Below are positions 18,856 through 27,503 of a stretch of 64,000 nt of DNA, piece after piece. The translations under genes were made by a program, and so were the position numbers. The DNA lies in the IMG/VR virus record IMGVR_UViG_642918914_000001, positions 64,001 through 128,000 of that record. One strand, 5' to 3'. The notes beneath the pieces are model-generated. The model did not search any database and was not told the origin of the DNA. It saw nothing but the letters and a program-made list of their open reading frames with translations. Origin of the DNA: a virus. Taxonomy: Duplodnaviria; Caudoviricetes. Within the stretch, counting starts at the first letter, position 1. Each line of letters begins with the position of its first letter.

Positions 18856-19101
18856 ATGGCCCTCGTACGAAATGTCGGCAAAATGCCTCTGCATGTCGGC
18901 ATCATCCAGGAAGACGGATCGAAGACCACGATCCGAGTCATGCCTAGCATCAGCCGTAGCGTGAGCCTGCCGCCGGGATCGCAAATCGACCCGGTCTGGC
19001 TCGCACTTGAAGGTAAGGACCTCCGCGTATTCGACGATCCGAAACCGGTGACTGCCACAAACGACGCGCCAGACGTTCCGACGGAAACCGACAAGGAGTA
19101 A
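18856..19101 (+). CDS. Small hypothetical protein preceding sheath
   Basis: RBS AAGGAG. AATTTGAT at 18820. Confidence 0.7.
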   Translation: MALVRNVGKMPLHVGIIQEDGSKTTIRVMPSISRSVSLPPGSQIDPVWLALEGKDLRVFDDPKPVTATNDAPDVPTETDKE

Positions 19102-19104
19102 GTT

Positions 19105-21051
19105 ATGGGTACGATTTCCCCGAACCAATCGTCAAAGGTCATCGTCAACGAGATCAACCTCAGTCAGGTGATCGCCGGTGCTAGTACGTCGGTTGCGGCG
19201 CAGGTCATTGTCAGCGCGCAGGGCCCGACGCTGGCTCCGTTCAACAACACGAATCCGGATGCGTATCTGGCGACGGTTGGCAATCCGAACGCGCAAGTGT
19301 CGTTTGACCAGTACACGGCTCTCGACTACTTCAAGGAAGGCAGCAACCTCTGGTCGCTGCGCGTGGTGGGTGCCGGGGCGCTGTATAGCGCGCTGCTCAT
19401 GTACACCGACGGCACGAGCACCTTCCTGCGTCCGATCACGGCAGGCGTCGCTGATCCCACGCAGCCCAACTGGCCTGCGCTGTTGCCTCCAGGTTCGTTC
19501 ACGGCGCTGGCCCTGTTCTACCCGATCAACGGTCAAGGCGGCTACGGCAACAACACGGCGATCTCCATCGCCAGCTCCAACATCGCTTCGCCAACGGATC
19601 TGGCTGCGACCAGCGCGTCGACCGGCGGAACGATGGTGCCAGCCACCTATCAGTATCAGATCAGCGCTGTGTCCAAGTCGGGCGAAGCACTGGTGGCGCC
19701 CGCCGTCAACATCGTGATCGCAGCAGGAACTGTCACCAATAGCGTGACGCTCACGTGGACTGCAGTGCCGGGAGCTACGGCCTACAACATCTACGGCCGG
19801 ACCAGCGGCGCGCTGGGTCTCGTGGCGCAAGTGGGTGCAGGCAGTGGCACGATGACGTTCACCGACACGGGCGCTCCGCTGTCGAACCCCACGCAACAGC
19901 CGATTACCAACCCGGCAAACGTCACGACCAGCCCGTACTTCACGGTCAACGTGTTCAACACGGTGAACAGCTCGATCTACCCGGTCGAAACCTTCACCTG
20001 CACGTTGATGGAGAACACTGGTCCCAACGGACTGGAAACGGAAATCACGCAAGCGATCAACCCGTTCTCGTCGTGGGTACAGGTCACGTCCAACGTGCCG
20101 AACCTGTTGGTGCCTCCCTCGTCTGTGGGCAACGCCAGCGTGCAGAATCTGGCAGGCGGCAACAGCGGTGCGGCGCCTACCAGTCTGCAAGTTGCAGGCG
20201 CATGGGCCAAGTTCAGCAACAAGCAACTGTATCCGATCAACCTGCTGATCAACGGTGGTCACTCGACGCCGGACGTTCAACTGGCGATGGACTCGCTGGC
20301 TCAGCAACGCGGGGACTGCGTGGCACTGCTCGATGTACCGTCGGCCTCGCAGCAGTATCAGCAAGCGATCAACTATCGCAACCTGCAGCTGAACTTGAAC
20401 TCCACGTACTCGGCACTCTTCGCGCCGGATGTGCTGGAAGCCGACACGATCAACGGGAAGCAGCAATACGTCCCGTTCTCGGGCTGGGCCGCTGCACTGT
20501 GCGCACGCACCGATCGCGTCCAGAACCCGGCATGGTCCATCGCCGGTCTGAACCGCGGTCTGGTCAACGTGCTGAAGACGCGCTATGTGTACGACGAAGG
20601 CCAGATGAACCAACTGTTCCAGGCCCAAGTCAACTACACGCAGACGTTCATCGGTCAGGGCATCGCGCTGTGGGAACAGCAAACGATGAGCGCGCAGTTC
20701 TCGGCGCTGTCGTGGCTGTCGGTGCGTCGCATCGTGAACGTGATCAAGGTGTCGCTGTACAAGTTCCTGCTGTACTCGCTGCAGGAGCCGAACGACGACT
20801 TCCTGGGTCGCCAGATCGTGGAGAGCTGCTCGTCGTATCTGCAGAACATCCAGAACGCACGCGGCCTGTCGGCTTACAAGGTTGTGTCGGACTCCACCAA
20901 CAACTCTGCGGACGACTTCAACAGCGGCATCCGCAACGTCACGGTGGTTCTGATTCCGACTATCCCAGTGCACATCATCAATCTGCAAGTGGTGATCAGC
21001 AAGCAGGGCGTGTCGTTCTCGGAAGTGCTGTCGCAGGTGAATCCAGGCTAA
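19105..21051 (+). CDS. Contractile tail sheath protein
   Basis: N-terminal V.VNEINLS. C-terminal PFSGWAAALCARTD...AWSIAGLNRG and LSVRRIVNVIK...EPNDD...IQNARGL are characteristic of sheath proteins. Confidence 0.95.
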   Translation: MGTISPNQSSKVIVNEINLSQVIAGASTSVAAQVIVSAQGPTLAPFNNTNPDAYLATVGNPNAQVSFDQYTALDYFKEGSNLWSLRVVGAGALYSALLMYTDGTSTFLRPITAGVADPTQPNWPALLPPGSFTALALFYPINGQGGYGNNTAISIASSNIASPTDLAATSASTGGTMVPATYQYQISAVSKSGEALVAPAVNIVIAAGTVTNSVTLTWTAVPGATAYNIYGRTSGALGLVAQVGAGSGTMTFTDTGAPLSNPTQQPITNPANVTTSPYFTVNVFNTVNSSIYPVETFTCTLMENTGPNGLETEITQAINPFSSWVQVTSNVPNLLVPPSSVGNASVQNLAGGNSGAAPTSLQVAGAWAKFSNKQLYPINLLINGGHSTPDVQLAMDSLAQQRGDCVALLDVPSASQQYQQAINYRNLQLNLNSTYSALFAPDVLEADTINGKQQYVPFSGWAAALCARTDRVQNPAWSIAGLNRGLVNVLKTRYVYDEGQMNQLFQAQVNYTQTFIGQGIALWEQQTMSAQFSALSWLSVRRIVNVIKVSLYKFLLYSLQEPNDDFLGRQIVESCSSYLQNIQNARGLSAYKVVSDSTNNSADDFNSGIRNVTVVLIPTIPVHIINLQVVISKQGVSFSEVLSQVNPG

Positions 21052-21100
21052 CGGGTTGGGAGGGTTCGCCCTCCCTGCCTAACGCTTATGGAGATCAAGC

Positions 21101-22132
21101 ATGGCAGATGAAAGTGAAGTGTTCAAGCCGAAGTCCTACGGCGAGCAGAACTGGAAGACCATCGAGAAGCGGCAGGAGATTAAGGAGCCTTCGGAAAGCA
21201 CGAAGCCCGTGGGTACAGGTGGCAAGCAGGGCTCCAATCAGTACCAGACGCAGTCGGCTCACAGTCCTGGGGCTCGTGAGCTGTTGCCGCAGAACGATGC
21301 GCAGTATGCGAGCGATCAGGCCAGCATGCGACCTGAAAGCACAAAGCGCGAATCGTTGTACGACGAGACCGCGGTCAAGTCGGGTCCCAGTCGCTTCCTA
21401 ACCGAAGCGGAGATCCGTGCTCGGGGCGGTCGAGTGTTGGCCGAACAGGCGCTTGAGCAAGCGCTGAAAACGATGGCGTCCAAGGGAGGCGTGTCTGATG
21501 CTACTGGCAATCCAAATGCAAATCTGGATGGGGGTATGGCGGCTAGTGATCCTCAGCCCAATGCTCAGCGCGTTCTCAACGGAAGCCGACTCGGCACCGA
21601 AGACGACAGCCTGACAAAGGATCAGGAGAACTACGGCACTGGATCCAACATGGATCGTGGGGCCGGAACGTCCACACCTCGTCCGTCGCGCAGTGTGTTG
21701 CCTCCGTTGTACGACACGGACACCAGCAGCTCGTATGCGCGCGAGACCAACGTGAACCGCAACACAACGGCCCGCGACCCCGAGCATATCTGGGACGTAT
21801 CGCAGCTGACGACGGGCGCCGTTCACCGGCTGACCGCCACGTCGACCATTGACAACGAGCCTGACGTCGGCGGTGGCATCAACATGACGGGCGAGGAAGG
21901 GTCGCGGCATACGTGTCCTGGCACGATCACCTGCACGGCAGCAGTCCAACGGCTGGCCAAGGACGTGCACGATGGGGACTTCGATCCTGCGGGGCGCGCC
22001 ACCGGCGATCGCATGATCACCAACGATCCCAAGAACACCGGCTATCTGAATGTCCACAGTTCGGAAGTGGATGCAGATGCCGACCCTCGTCTGTGGAACA
22101 TGGCTAATCAGCCCATGGGGCAAGCCGGATAA
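21101..22132 (+). CDS. Disordered hydrophilic protein with two leader-like motifs (putative internal head protein)
   Basis: RBS GGAG. Low-complexity polar sequence containing TGAVHRLTATS and TAAVQRLAK. Confidence 0.65.
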   Translation: MADESEVFKPKSYGEQNWKTIEKRQEIKEPSESTKPVGTGGKQGSNQYQTQSAHSPGARELLPQNDAQYASDQASMRPESTKRESLYDETAVKSGPSRFLTEAEIRARGGRVLAEQALEQALKTMASKGGVSDATGNPNANLDGGMAASDPQPNAQRVLNGSRLGTEDDSLTKDQENYGTGSNMDRGAGTSTPRPSRSVLPPLYDTDTSSSYARETNVNRNTTARDPEHIWDVSQLTTGAVHRLTATSTIDNEPDVGGGINMTGEEGSRHTCPGTITCTAAVQRLAKDVHDGDFDPAGRATGDRMITNDPKNTGYLNVHSSEVDADADPRLWNMANQPMGQAG

Positions 22133-22150
22133 TCAATCAAGGAGTTTATT

Positions 22151-22660
22151 ATGGCACGTACCAGTGTCTATGATGTGACTGCGGTCGGAGATCCGGCGTT
22201 GTCGTGGAACTATGACCTGTTCCTGCCAGCGATCCCGGGCACGGCCGAGACTCGACAGCTCACGTGGCGATGCATGAGCACTGCGCTGCCGGGTTCGGAA
22301 GTGGATCGTGTGGATGTCCAATTGCACGGCGTTCAGCTCGTGTACATGGGCCGCCGCAACTGGAGCCACAGCTTCAACTCGACGTTCCTGGAAGCGATCG
22401 ACTGGGCAACGCGCGATGCGTTCGTCGCCTGGATGGAAGCTGGTCGTTCCTGGGTGCGCAACGCGGGCACCGAGAGCACCACGTACAAGGTCAACGGCCA
22501 GCTCGTGGTGTATGACGACATCCCCAACGTCGTCAAGACTGTTCAGGTCGTGGGCATGTGGCCGCAAGCCATTGCCGACGTGCCGCTGGACGGTTCGCAA
22601 GGTGGCGGTCACGTGTCGCTGGAAATCACGTGGGCGTACGACTACACGATCGACCTGTAA
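22151..22660 (+). CDS. Tail tube protein (T4 gp19-like)
   Basis: 169 aa. CMSTALPG...GRRNWSH...TFLE...W and MWPQAIADVPLD...ITWAYDY match the tube pattern. RBS AAGGAG. Confidence 0.85.
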   Translation: MARTSVYDVTAVGDPALSWNYDLFLPAIPGTAETRQLTWRCMSTALPGSEVDRVDVQLHGVQLVYMGRRNWSHSFNSTFLEAIDWATRDAFVAWMEAGRSWVRNAGTESTTYKVNGQLVVYDDIPNVVKTVQVVGMWPQAIADVPLDGSQGGGHVSLEITWAYDYTIDL

Positions 22661-22673
22661 TACCTGCTTCACC

Positions 22674-22700
22674 AAGGAGAGCTTCGGCTCTCCTTCTTCC
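22674..22700 (+). terminator. Terminator hairpin with UUCG tetraloop
   Basis: AAGGAGAGC-TTCG-GCTCTCCTT followed by a pyrimidine tract. Confidence 0.7.
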
Positions 22701-22824
22701 TCTTCTGCGTTCTGCAGACATAGCTTCATTGAAGGTTAGTGCAACGCTGACCGCCTCTCCACATCTTCATCTGCGACTTCCGTAAGAGGTCTTAGATGAT
22801 GCTGTCTACCAAGAGAGGTCTACA

Positions 22825-23383
22825 ATGAGCACCGTCAACTTCCCCTTCTCAGTACCAGTCAATTACTATACAGGAACTGGCATCAGTGCGCAGTTGTTTC
22901 GCTCTGAGTTCTACACGAATCTGCCAGTTACCACACAACATGTTGTAGCAGTCGCTACCACGGACACTGGAACCGCGCCCGCAGGTCTTTACCTGTTCCA
23001 AGGTCAAACGTGGCAGCTTGCCATACCATACGACAATCTCAATGATTTCATCATCGCAGGAGTATGGTCTGTACACTGACGGATCCATCTACTACGAGAT
23101 CGTGCTGAACGGAACGTTGACCGCTTCGTCATTCGCCAGTGCTGGGAACACGAGTCTAGCGTTGATCGACACGGCGGCTACCGGCATCACGGGAGGCCAA
23201 GTGGTGAAGTCGGGATACTTGTCAACGAACACTCGCATCAGTTCGTTCGCTCAGATCCAGCTGTATTTCCCACTGGTCTACAGCAGCTTGCTCAACACGC
23301 AAGACACGCTGACGGTTGTCGCCACCCAGATTACGACCAACTCGCACGCCGCAGCTACGATCGGCTGGAGTGAGTACTACTGA
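22825..23383 (+). pseudogene. Frameshifted or internally deleted virion protein gene; N-terminus paralogous to the N-terminus of the 48143 tail fibre
   Basis: ORF 22825-23079 joins ORF 23018-23383 by a +1 shift near 23059. GTAPAGLYLFQGQTWQLAIPYDNLNDFII aligns with GPAAPGLYWWTGRVWMLAVPYDSVTDAII. Confidence 0.55.
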
Positions 23384-23458
23384 CGCATTCTGCAATTTGA
23401 TGGTATAACCCTCCGAGGTTCACTTCCGAAACATCCTGTTCACTTGACAGAGGAATTC

Positions 23459-24207
23459 ATGGATACCAATACCATTTCGATCACCGACTACCAAATGGTG
23501 AACAAGCGTCTGGCTCGCGTGGTCGTCGCTTTCACCGGCAACATGCAGAAGGAAGAAGTGCGCGATCGCATCGCTGAGCGCTTCGACAATCTGGCGACCG
23601 TGGTCCCCAACAGCTTCCAGGCCTGGTGAAGGCCAACGTGGCAGTCGGATTCCTGCGTGCCAACAAGGAAGTGCGCGTGGTCACCGAGAAGGAAGTCCGT
23701 GCATCGTATCGCACGCTGGCCTCCAACATCATGATGGACAACCGCGATCGCTCGCTGTGGGAAGTCAAGGAAGGCGACGGCGGCAAGTACCTGGCCCGCC
23801 ACGGCCACGAAGATCTGAGCGAGCTGGTGAGCGCCAAGGTGCACCATCGCCAAGACATCCCGAAGGTGCATCACATCGCAACGGCTGCTGCAGTCGCCGG
23901 TGAGTTCGCCACGTTCGTCAGCAAGACTGGCGAAGTGGAACACGGCTTCGTTCTGCAGGCCAACGCCACTCACGCCAAGGTGTTGCCGATCTCCACTCGT
24001 GTGCCGGAAGTCGTGGCCAACGTGCAGATCACCCAGCTGTCGCGCGTTCCGGTCCGTAAGTCGGTCCACGCGCAGATCGTGAAGGCTGGCATCATCTCGG
24101 CCGAGGAGAAGGCCAAGTCCAAGGAGTACTACGAGAAGCTGTACGGGTACGACGCCGACTATCTGGCGCAGGTCATCAACGAAATCGAGACGACGACCTT
24201 CGTCTAA
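23459..24207 (+). CDS. Probable single virion/head protein gene split by an apparent 2-bp insertion near 23620
   Basis: RBS GAGGA and AATTTGAT upstream. ...VVPNSF(Q/R) continues naturally into LVKANVAVGF in the other frame. Codon bias is high throughout. Confidence 0.65.
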
Positions 24208-24220
24208 GCCGTGCCCAACG

Positions 24221-24250
24221 AAAAAGCCCCGCTAAATAGCGGGGCTTTTT
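24221..24250. terminator. Bidirectional rho-independent terminator between convergent gene blocks
   Basis: AAAAAGCCCCGCTA-AA-TAGCGGGGCTTTTT. Confidence 0.9.
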
Positions 24251-24261
24251 GCTTTGCTGCT

Positions 24262-24810
24262 TCAGTGAAGAATGCGCGGCACAGTCTGCTCGTCTTCATC
24301 GTCGCACGTGCAGTGCTTGGCGCAGGCCCCACAATCACCACAGATGGGGCCGCTGTGCTCTTCTTCATCCAACGTGGAAATCACGTCAATGACTTCATCG
24401 TCATCGTCGCTGTCCTCGTTGTCCTCCTCGTAAGGCAAATCCAGCAGCACCTCCTCTAGGATTTCGGCCTCCTCTTCTGGGTTCATCATGCACTGCGCTT
24501 CGGAGATCAGCTCCTGAAGCGAGTAGTAGCGCTTGTCAACCGGCATGCCGTCGCCGTCCCGCACTGCAAGCCCCTGATGCAAACAGTGCAGCGCATTCTT
24601 GGCACTCGCCGCCCACATGATGATCAGGAATTCAAACACCCCGTGCGGCAGCGGATCCGTCGGCTTCTTGCCAAGTGCCTTGAGCAGCAGGTCTTGCATA
24701 CTGATCAGCCATTCGAGGAACTCCGACTGAATGGGGCGCTCGGTATCCGCGTGCGGCCCCTCTTCATCCCATTCCTTCGCCTTCTTCAGCAGCTCAGTCA
24801 GAATCGCCAT
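24262..24810 (-). CDS. Hypothetical acidic protein with C-terminal Cys cluster
   Basis: CGDCGACAKHCTC near the C-terminus. RBS AAGGA. Confidence 0.7.
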   Translation of the reverse strand: MAILTELLKKAKEWDEEGPHADTERPIQSEFLEWLISMQDLLLKALGKKPTDPLPHGVFEFLIIMWAASAKNALHCLHQGLAVRDGDGMPVDKRYYSLQELISEAQCMMNPEEEAEILEEVLLDLPYEEDNEDSDDDDEVIDVISTLDEEEHSGPICGDCGACAKHCTCDDEDEQTVPRILH

Positions 24811-24812
24811 GT

Positions 24813-25028
24813 CTATTCCTTCTTGGGTAACATCGGTACTTCGTCTTCCACGTCGCCGGGAGCGATCACGAGATTGAGATAGCCCGCAGGCAGCGGTTCA
24901 CTGCCCGCTACATCCATCAGCGTAACGGCGCCGTTCGCGTCGCGCGTTCCGTACCAGTACTCATGCTTGAGAAGCAGAGGAAAGTACGCAACGACCGCGG
25001 CACTGGGTTTGATCTTGAAGTAGGGCAT
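24813..25028 (-). CDS. Small hypothetical protein
   Basis: Tiles between DnaB and the next gene. Confidence 0.65.
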   Translation of the reverse strand: MPYFKIKPSAAVVAYFPLLLKHEYWYGTRDANGAVTLMDVAGSEPLPAGYLNLVIAPGDVEDEVPMLPKKE

Positions 25029-25030
25029 GG

Positions 25031-26374
25031 TTAGAGGTCTGATGCTAGGTTGGGTACTTTGCTCACATCCTTGGACTTCTTGCCTTCACCGTCGATGGTG
25101 CCCAAGGCTGCGACGTCGGTCTGCGACACGTCATACACTCGCATGGTCGCGTAGTCGATGCGCACGGTGAACGGATACGACTGGCTGTTACGAGACTTAG
25201 GTTGCTCGATTGGCGTGATGCCAGTCTCCTTCGACTCTTTGGATGCAACCCACGTGAAGCTGTTGGAGCTATGTTCGGTGATCGCACGGCTGTAGCGGAT
25301 CTGGCCCGTATCGGACAACTGAGCAACGAGGATGTTGATGCAGTTCTCGTTCTCAGCGTTGATCTTGCACTGACGGGCGATGCCACCCAGAACCTGCCAT
25401 GCGTTGTCACCGTCCACTCCCTTCAGCAGCGAGATATAGTCGATGATCTTCGCGTCATACTTGTAGGCGGCGGTAGCTGACAACAGCTGATCGATCGTCA
25501 TGTCCTCTGACGGCTTGAACACGGTGAATCGACCGCCTGCGGCCTTTACCTTCTTCTCCCAGAGACGATGCCGACGGAACACCATGTCCTTCTCGGCTTG
25601 CGTCATCTTCTGGGTGATGATCTTGGTCAGATTCATCTTCGATGTGTAGGCCATGGCCCGGCACATCATTTCCCGATGCGACATTTCGAGCGGCACCATG
25701 AGCACCTTGTAGCCCATGCGCGCCATGTTCATGCCGATGTTCATCGTGAAGGTGGACTTGCCACCGCCAGACGTGGCAGCGACCGTCACCAGACCACCAC
25801 GCGCCAGTCCGCCGTTCACATCGTCGAACGCCTTGATGCCTGTCGGGATCAGATCTTCGCTGTTGTCTTCATACAGGATGCTCTTAACGATCTTGGACGT
25901 GTTGTTGTTACGTCCAAGATGCAGGAAGCTCTCGTCCGTCGACTTCCGACTGTTGACCAGATTGAACGCATGACCCACTTCCTGCGCTAGACGACTGATG
26001 TCGACCTTCGGCTTCTGGAATTCCTCGTTGATGTGGGCCGCGATGTTGTAGAAGCCGCGACCCTGCCGGAAGTGGTTGAGCATGGACACGGCCTTCTCGG
26101 CCTCGGCGCGTGTCTGGATGGTTGCTTGGCTGTTGCGTAGGTGGTCCCGTGCCTGATCGCTCAGATGTGGGTCCTCTACCAACAATCGGTAGGTTGGCGC
26201 TTCACCTGTTCGCGCCATATGCCCACTGATCGCCTCGTACACCTCGATCGACTCGGGGCTGTAGAAGTACGTATCGTCGACGGAAGAGATGAGGGTACCT
26301 GCAACCGTCTTGTCTTTGTGACACATCCCCCGGAGAACCGCAAGTTCTGCGCGGGGCGAAACGAGTTTCGCCAT
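25031..26374 (-). CDS. dnaB: DnaB-like replicative DNA helicase
   Basis: SPRAELAVL N-terminus, IPTGIKAFDDVNGGLARGGLVTVAATSGGGKS, LEMS, IIDYI, VAQLS and KSRN. Confidence 0.92.
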   Translation of the reverse strand: MAKLVSPRAELAVLRGMCHKDKTVAGTLISSVDDTYFYSPESIEVYEAISGHMARTGEAPTYRLLVEDPHLSDQARDHLRNSQATIQTRAEAEKAVSMLNHFRQGRGFYNIAAHINEEFQKPKVDISRLAQEVGHAFNLVNSRKSTDESFLHLGRNNNTSKIVKSILYEDNSEDLIPTGIKAFDDVNGGLARGGLVTVAATSGGGKSTFTMNIGMNMARMGYKVLMVPLEMSHREMMCRAMAYTSKMNLTKIITQKMTQAEKDMVFRRHRLWEKKVKAAGGRFTVFKPSEDMTIDQLLSATAAYKYDAKIIDYISLLKGVDGDNAWQVLGGIARQCKINAENENCINILVAQLSDTGQIRYSRAITEHSSNSFTWVASKESKETGITPIEQPKSRNSQSYPFTVRIDYATMRVYDVSQTDVAALGTIDGEGKKSKDVSKVPNLASDL

Positions 26375-26389
26375 GGTAGTTCTTATGTG

Positions 26390-26566
26390 TTACTGGTCAG
26401 TGTTGCTATTTACAGGCGGCGGTTCAGCGACCACGTGTGACTGGATCAGTTCGCCGTTCGGCGTGCGATCAAACACCATTGACAGCTGAGCTTCAATCGG
26501 TTCACCGTCCTTGGCCGTCAACAGCCCGCGCCCTGTGCACCGGTTCATGTCCACAATCCAGTTCAT
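26390..26566 (-). CDS. Small hypothetical protein
   Basis: ATG at 26566 overlaps the upstream stop. RBS GGAGG. Confidence 0.55.
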   Translation of the reverse strand: MNWIVDMNRCTGRGLLTAKDGEPIEAQLSMVFDRTPNGELIQSHVVAEPPPVNSNTDQ

Positions 26567-27288
26567 AGCACCTCCACTTTCTTCTTCACGAGCTGCTCGC
26601 TGAAGTACGCAAGGCTGTGACACGGAACGTGCAGCACTGTGCTACACAGCGAGATGGGATCGGTACCTGCACCCACGACGATGCGCGGCACATACGAGAA
26701 CTTGTCCAGCAGATCACGCGCCTTCTCTACCTTTTGGCCTCCGCTGTTCACTGCCAGATTGGTCAGCACGATGAGCGTGGGCGGTGCCTGCAGTCCGCTG
26801 TCGTACTTGTTGAGCAGCGGATTGTCAAACCCTCCGTAGACCGGCCACCACACGATATTAGCTTTCGGCCCAAGCTGCTTCACATGCTGGAACGCGAGCC
26901 ACGCTGCGAAGTAGCGTGCCTTCACCTCGTCGGGATTGCCACACACGGTGTAGATGATGGGCAGTGTTGCGTCCTTCAGCCAGCGGCGCATACTGTCATT
27001 CTGCGTCTCGGCTTCCACGATCTTCTCGTTCAGCCGTTCGCTTTCCAGCGCAAATGGCACCGGATCCCAGCGGAACTTGGGCTGCTGCCACGTGCTGCGC
27101 GGTACCACATTCATCTCGTCAGTGCGCGGCACGTCAATGGCACGTGGCAGTTCGCCGGGTTCTGCTTCTGGGCGGGCACGCTTGCGAGCGGCGACCTGTG
27201 GCTCGTACTCGACTTCCATCGTCTTCTTGCGCGGAGGTGTGAACGGCTTTCCACGCTGACGATTCGTATTTCCTTTGATTGCGAGCAT
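26563..27288 (-). CDS. Degenerate DnaC/IstB-like (helicase loader-like) protein
   Basis: Lies two genes upstream of DnaB. The strand/helix order YTVCG.../LIVLTNL/PRIVVG resembles DnaC, but Walker A GKT and the Walker B acidic residues are absent. Confidence 0.4.
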   Translation of the reverse strand: MLAIKGNTNRQRGKPFTPPRKKTMEVEYEPQVAARKRARPEAEPGELPRAIDVPRTDEMNVVPRSTWQQPKFRWDPVPFALESERLNEKIVEAETQNDSMRRWLKDATLPIIYTVCGNPDEVKARYFAAWLAFQHVKQLGPKANIVWWPVYGGFDNPLLNKYDSGLQAPPTLIVLTNLAVNSGGQKVEKARDLLDKFSYVPRIVVGAGTDPISLCSTVLHVPCHSLAYFSEQLVKKKVEVL

Positions 27289-27290
27289 AG

Positions 27291-27503
27291 TTAGATGGGA
27301 ATGTGGATTTCGACCTGAAGCGTATCCGGCATTTTGCCGTTGAGGTTGGCGACTGCCAGCTCAAACGTAGGACCGGTACCCGTTACATCCGGACCCGTCC
27401 TATCATCTGTGTACAGGGTGATGGTATGCTGCCCACCTTCTTCCACGTGCTTGTAGTCGGCTGCGGTCAGTTGGAAGTTGTTGATCTTCAGCGTTGGGGT
27501 CAT
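27291..27503 (-). CDS. Small hypothetical protein
   Basis: Tiles in the operon with an ATGA overlap. Confidence 0.6.
   Translation of the reverse strand: MTPTLKINNFQLTAADYKHVEEGGQHTITLYTDDRTGPDVTGTGPTFELAVANLNGKMPDTLQVEIHIPI

Noticed and set aside
23611-23630. Programmed -1 frameshift of tail-assembly-chaperone type
   Set aside because: There is no X-XXY-YYZ slippery heptamer and no tape-measure gene downstream. A 2-bp insertion explains it, in line with other indels in the window.
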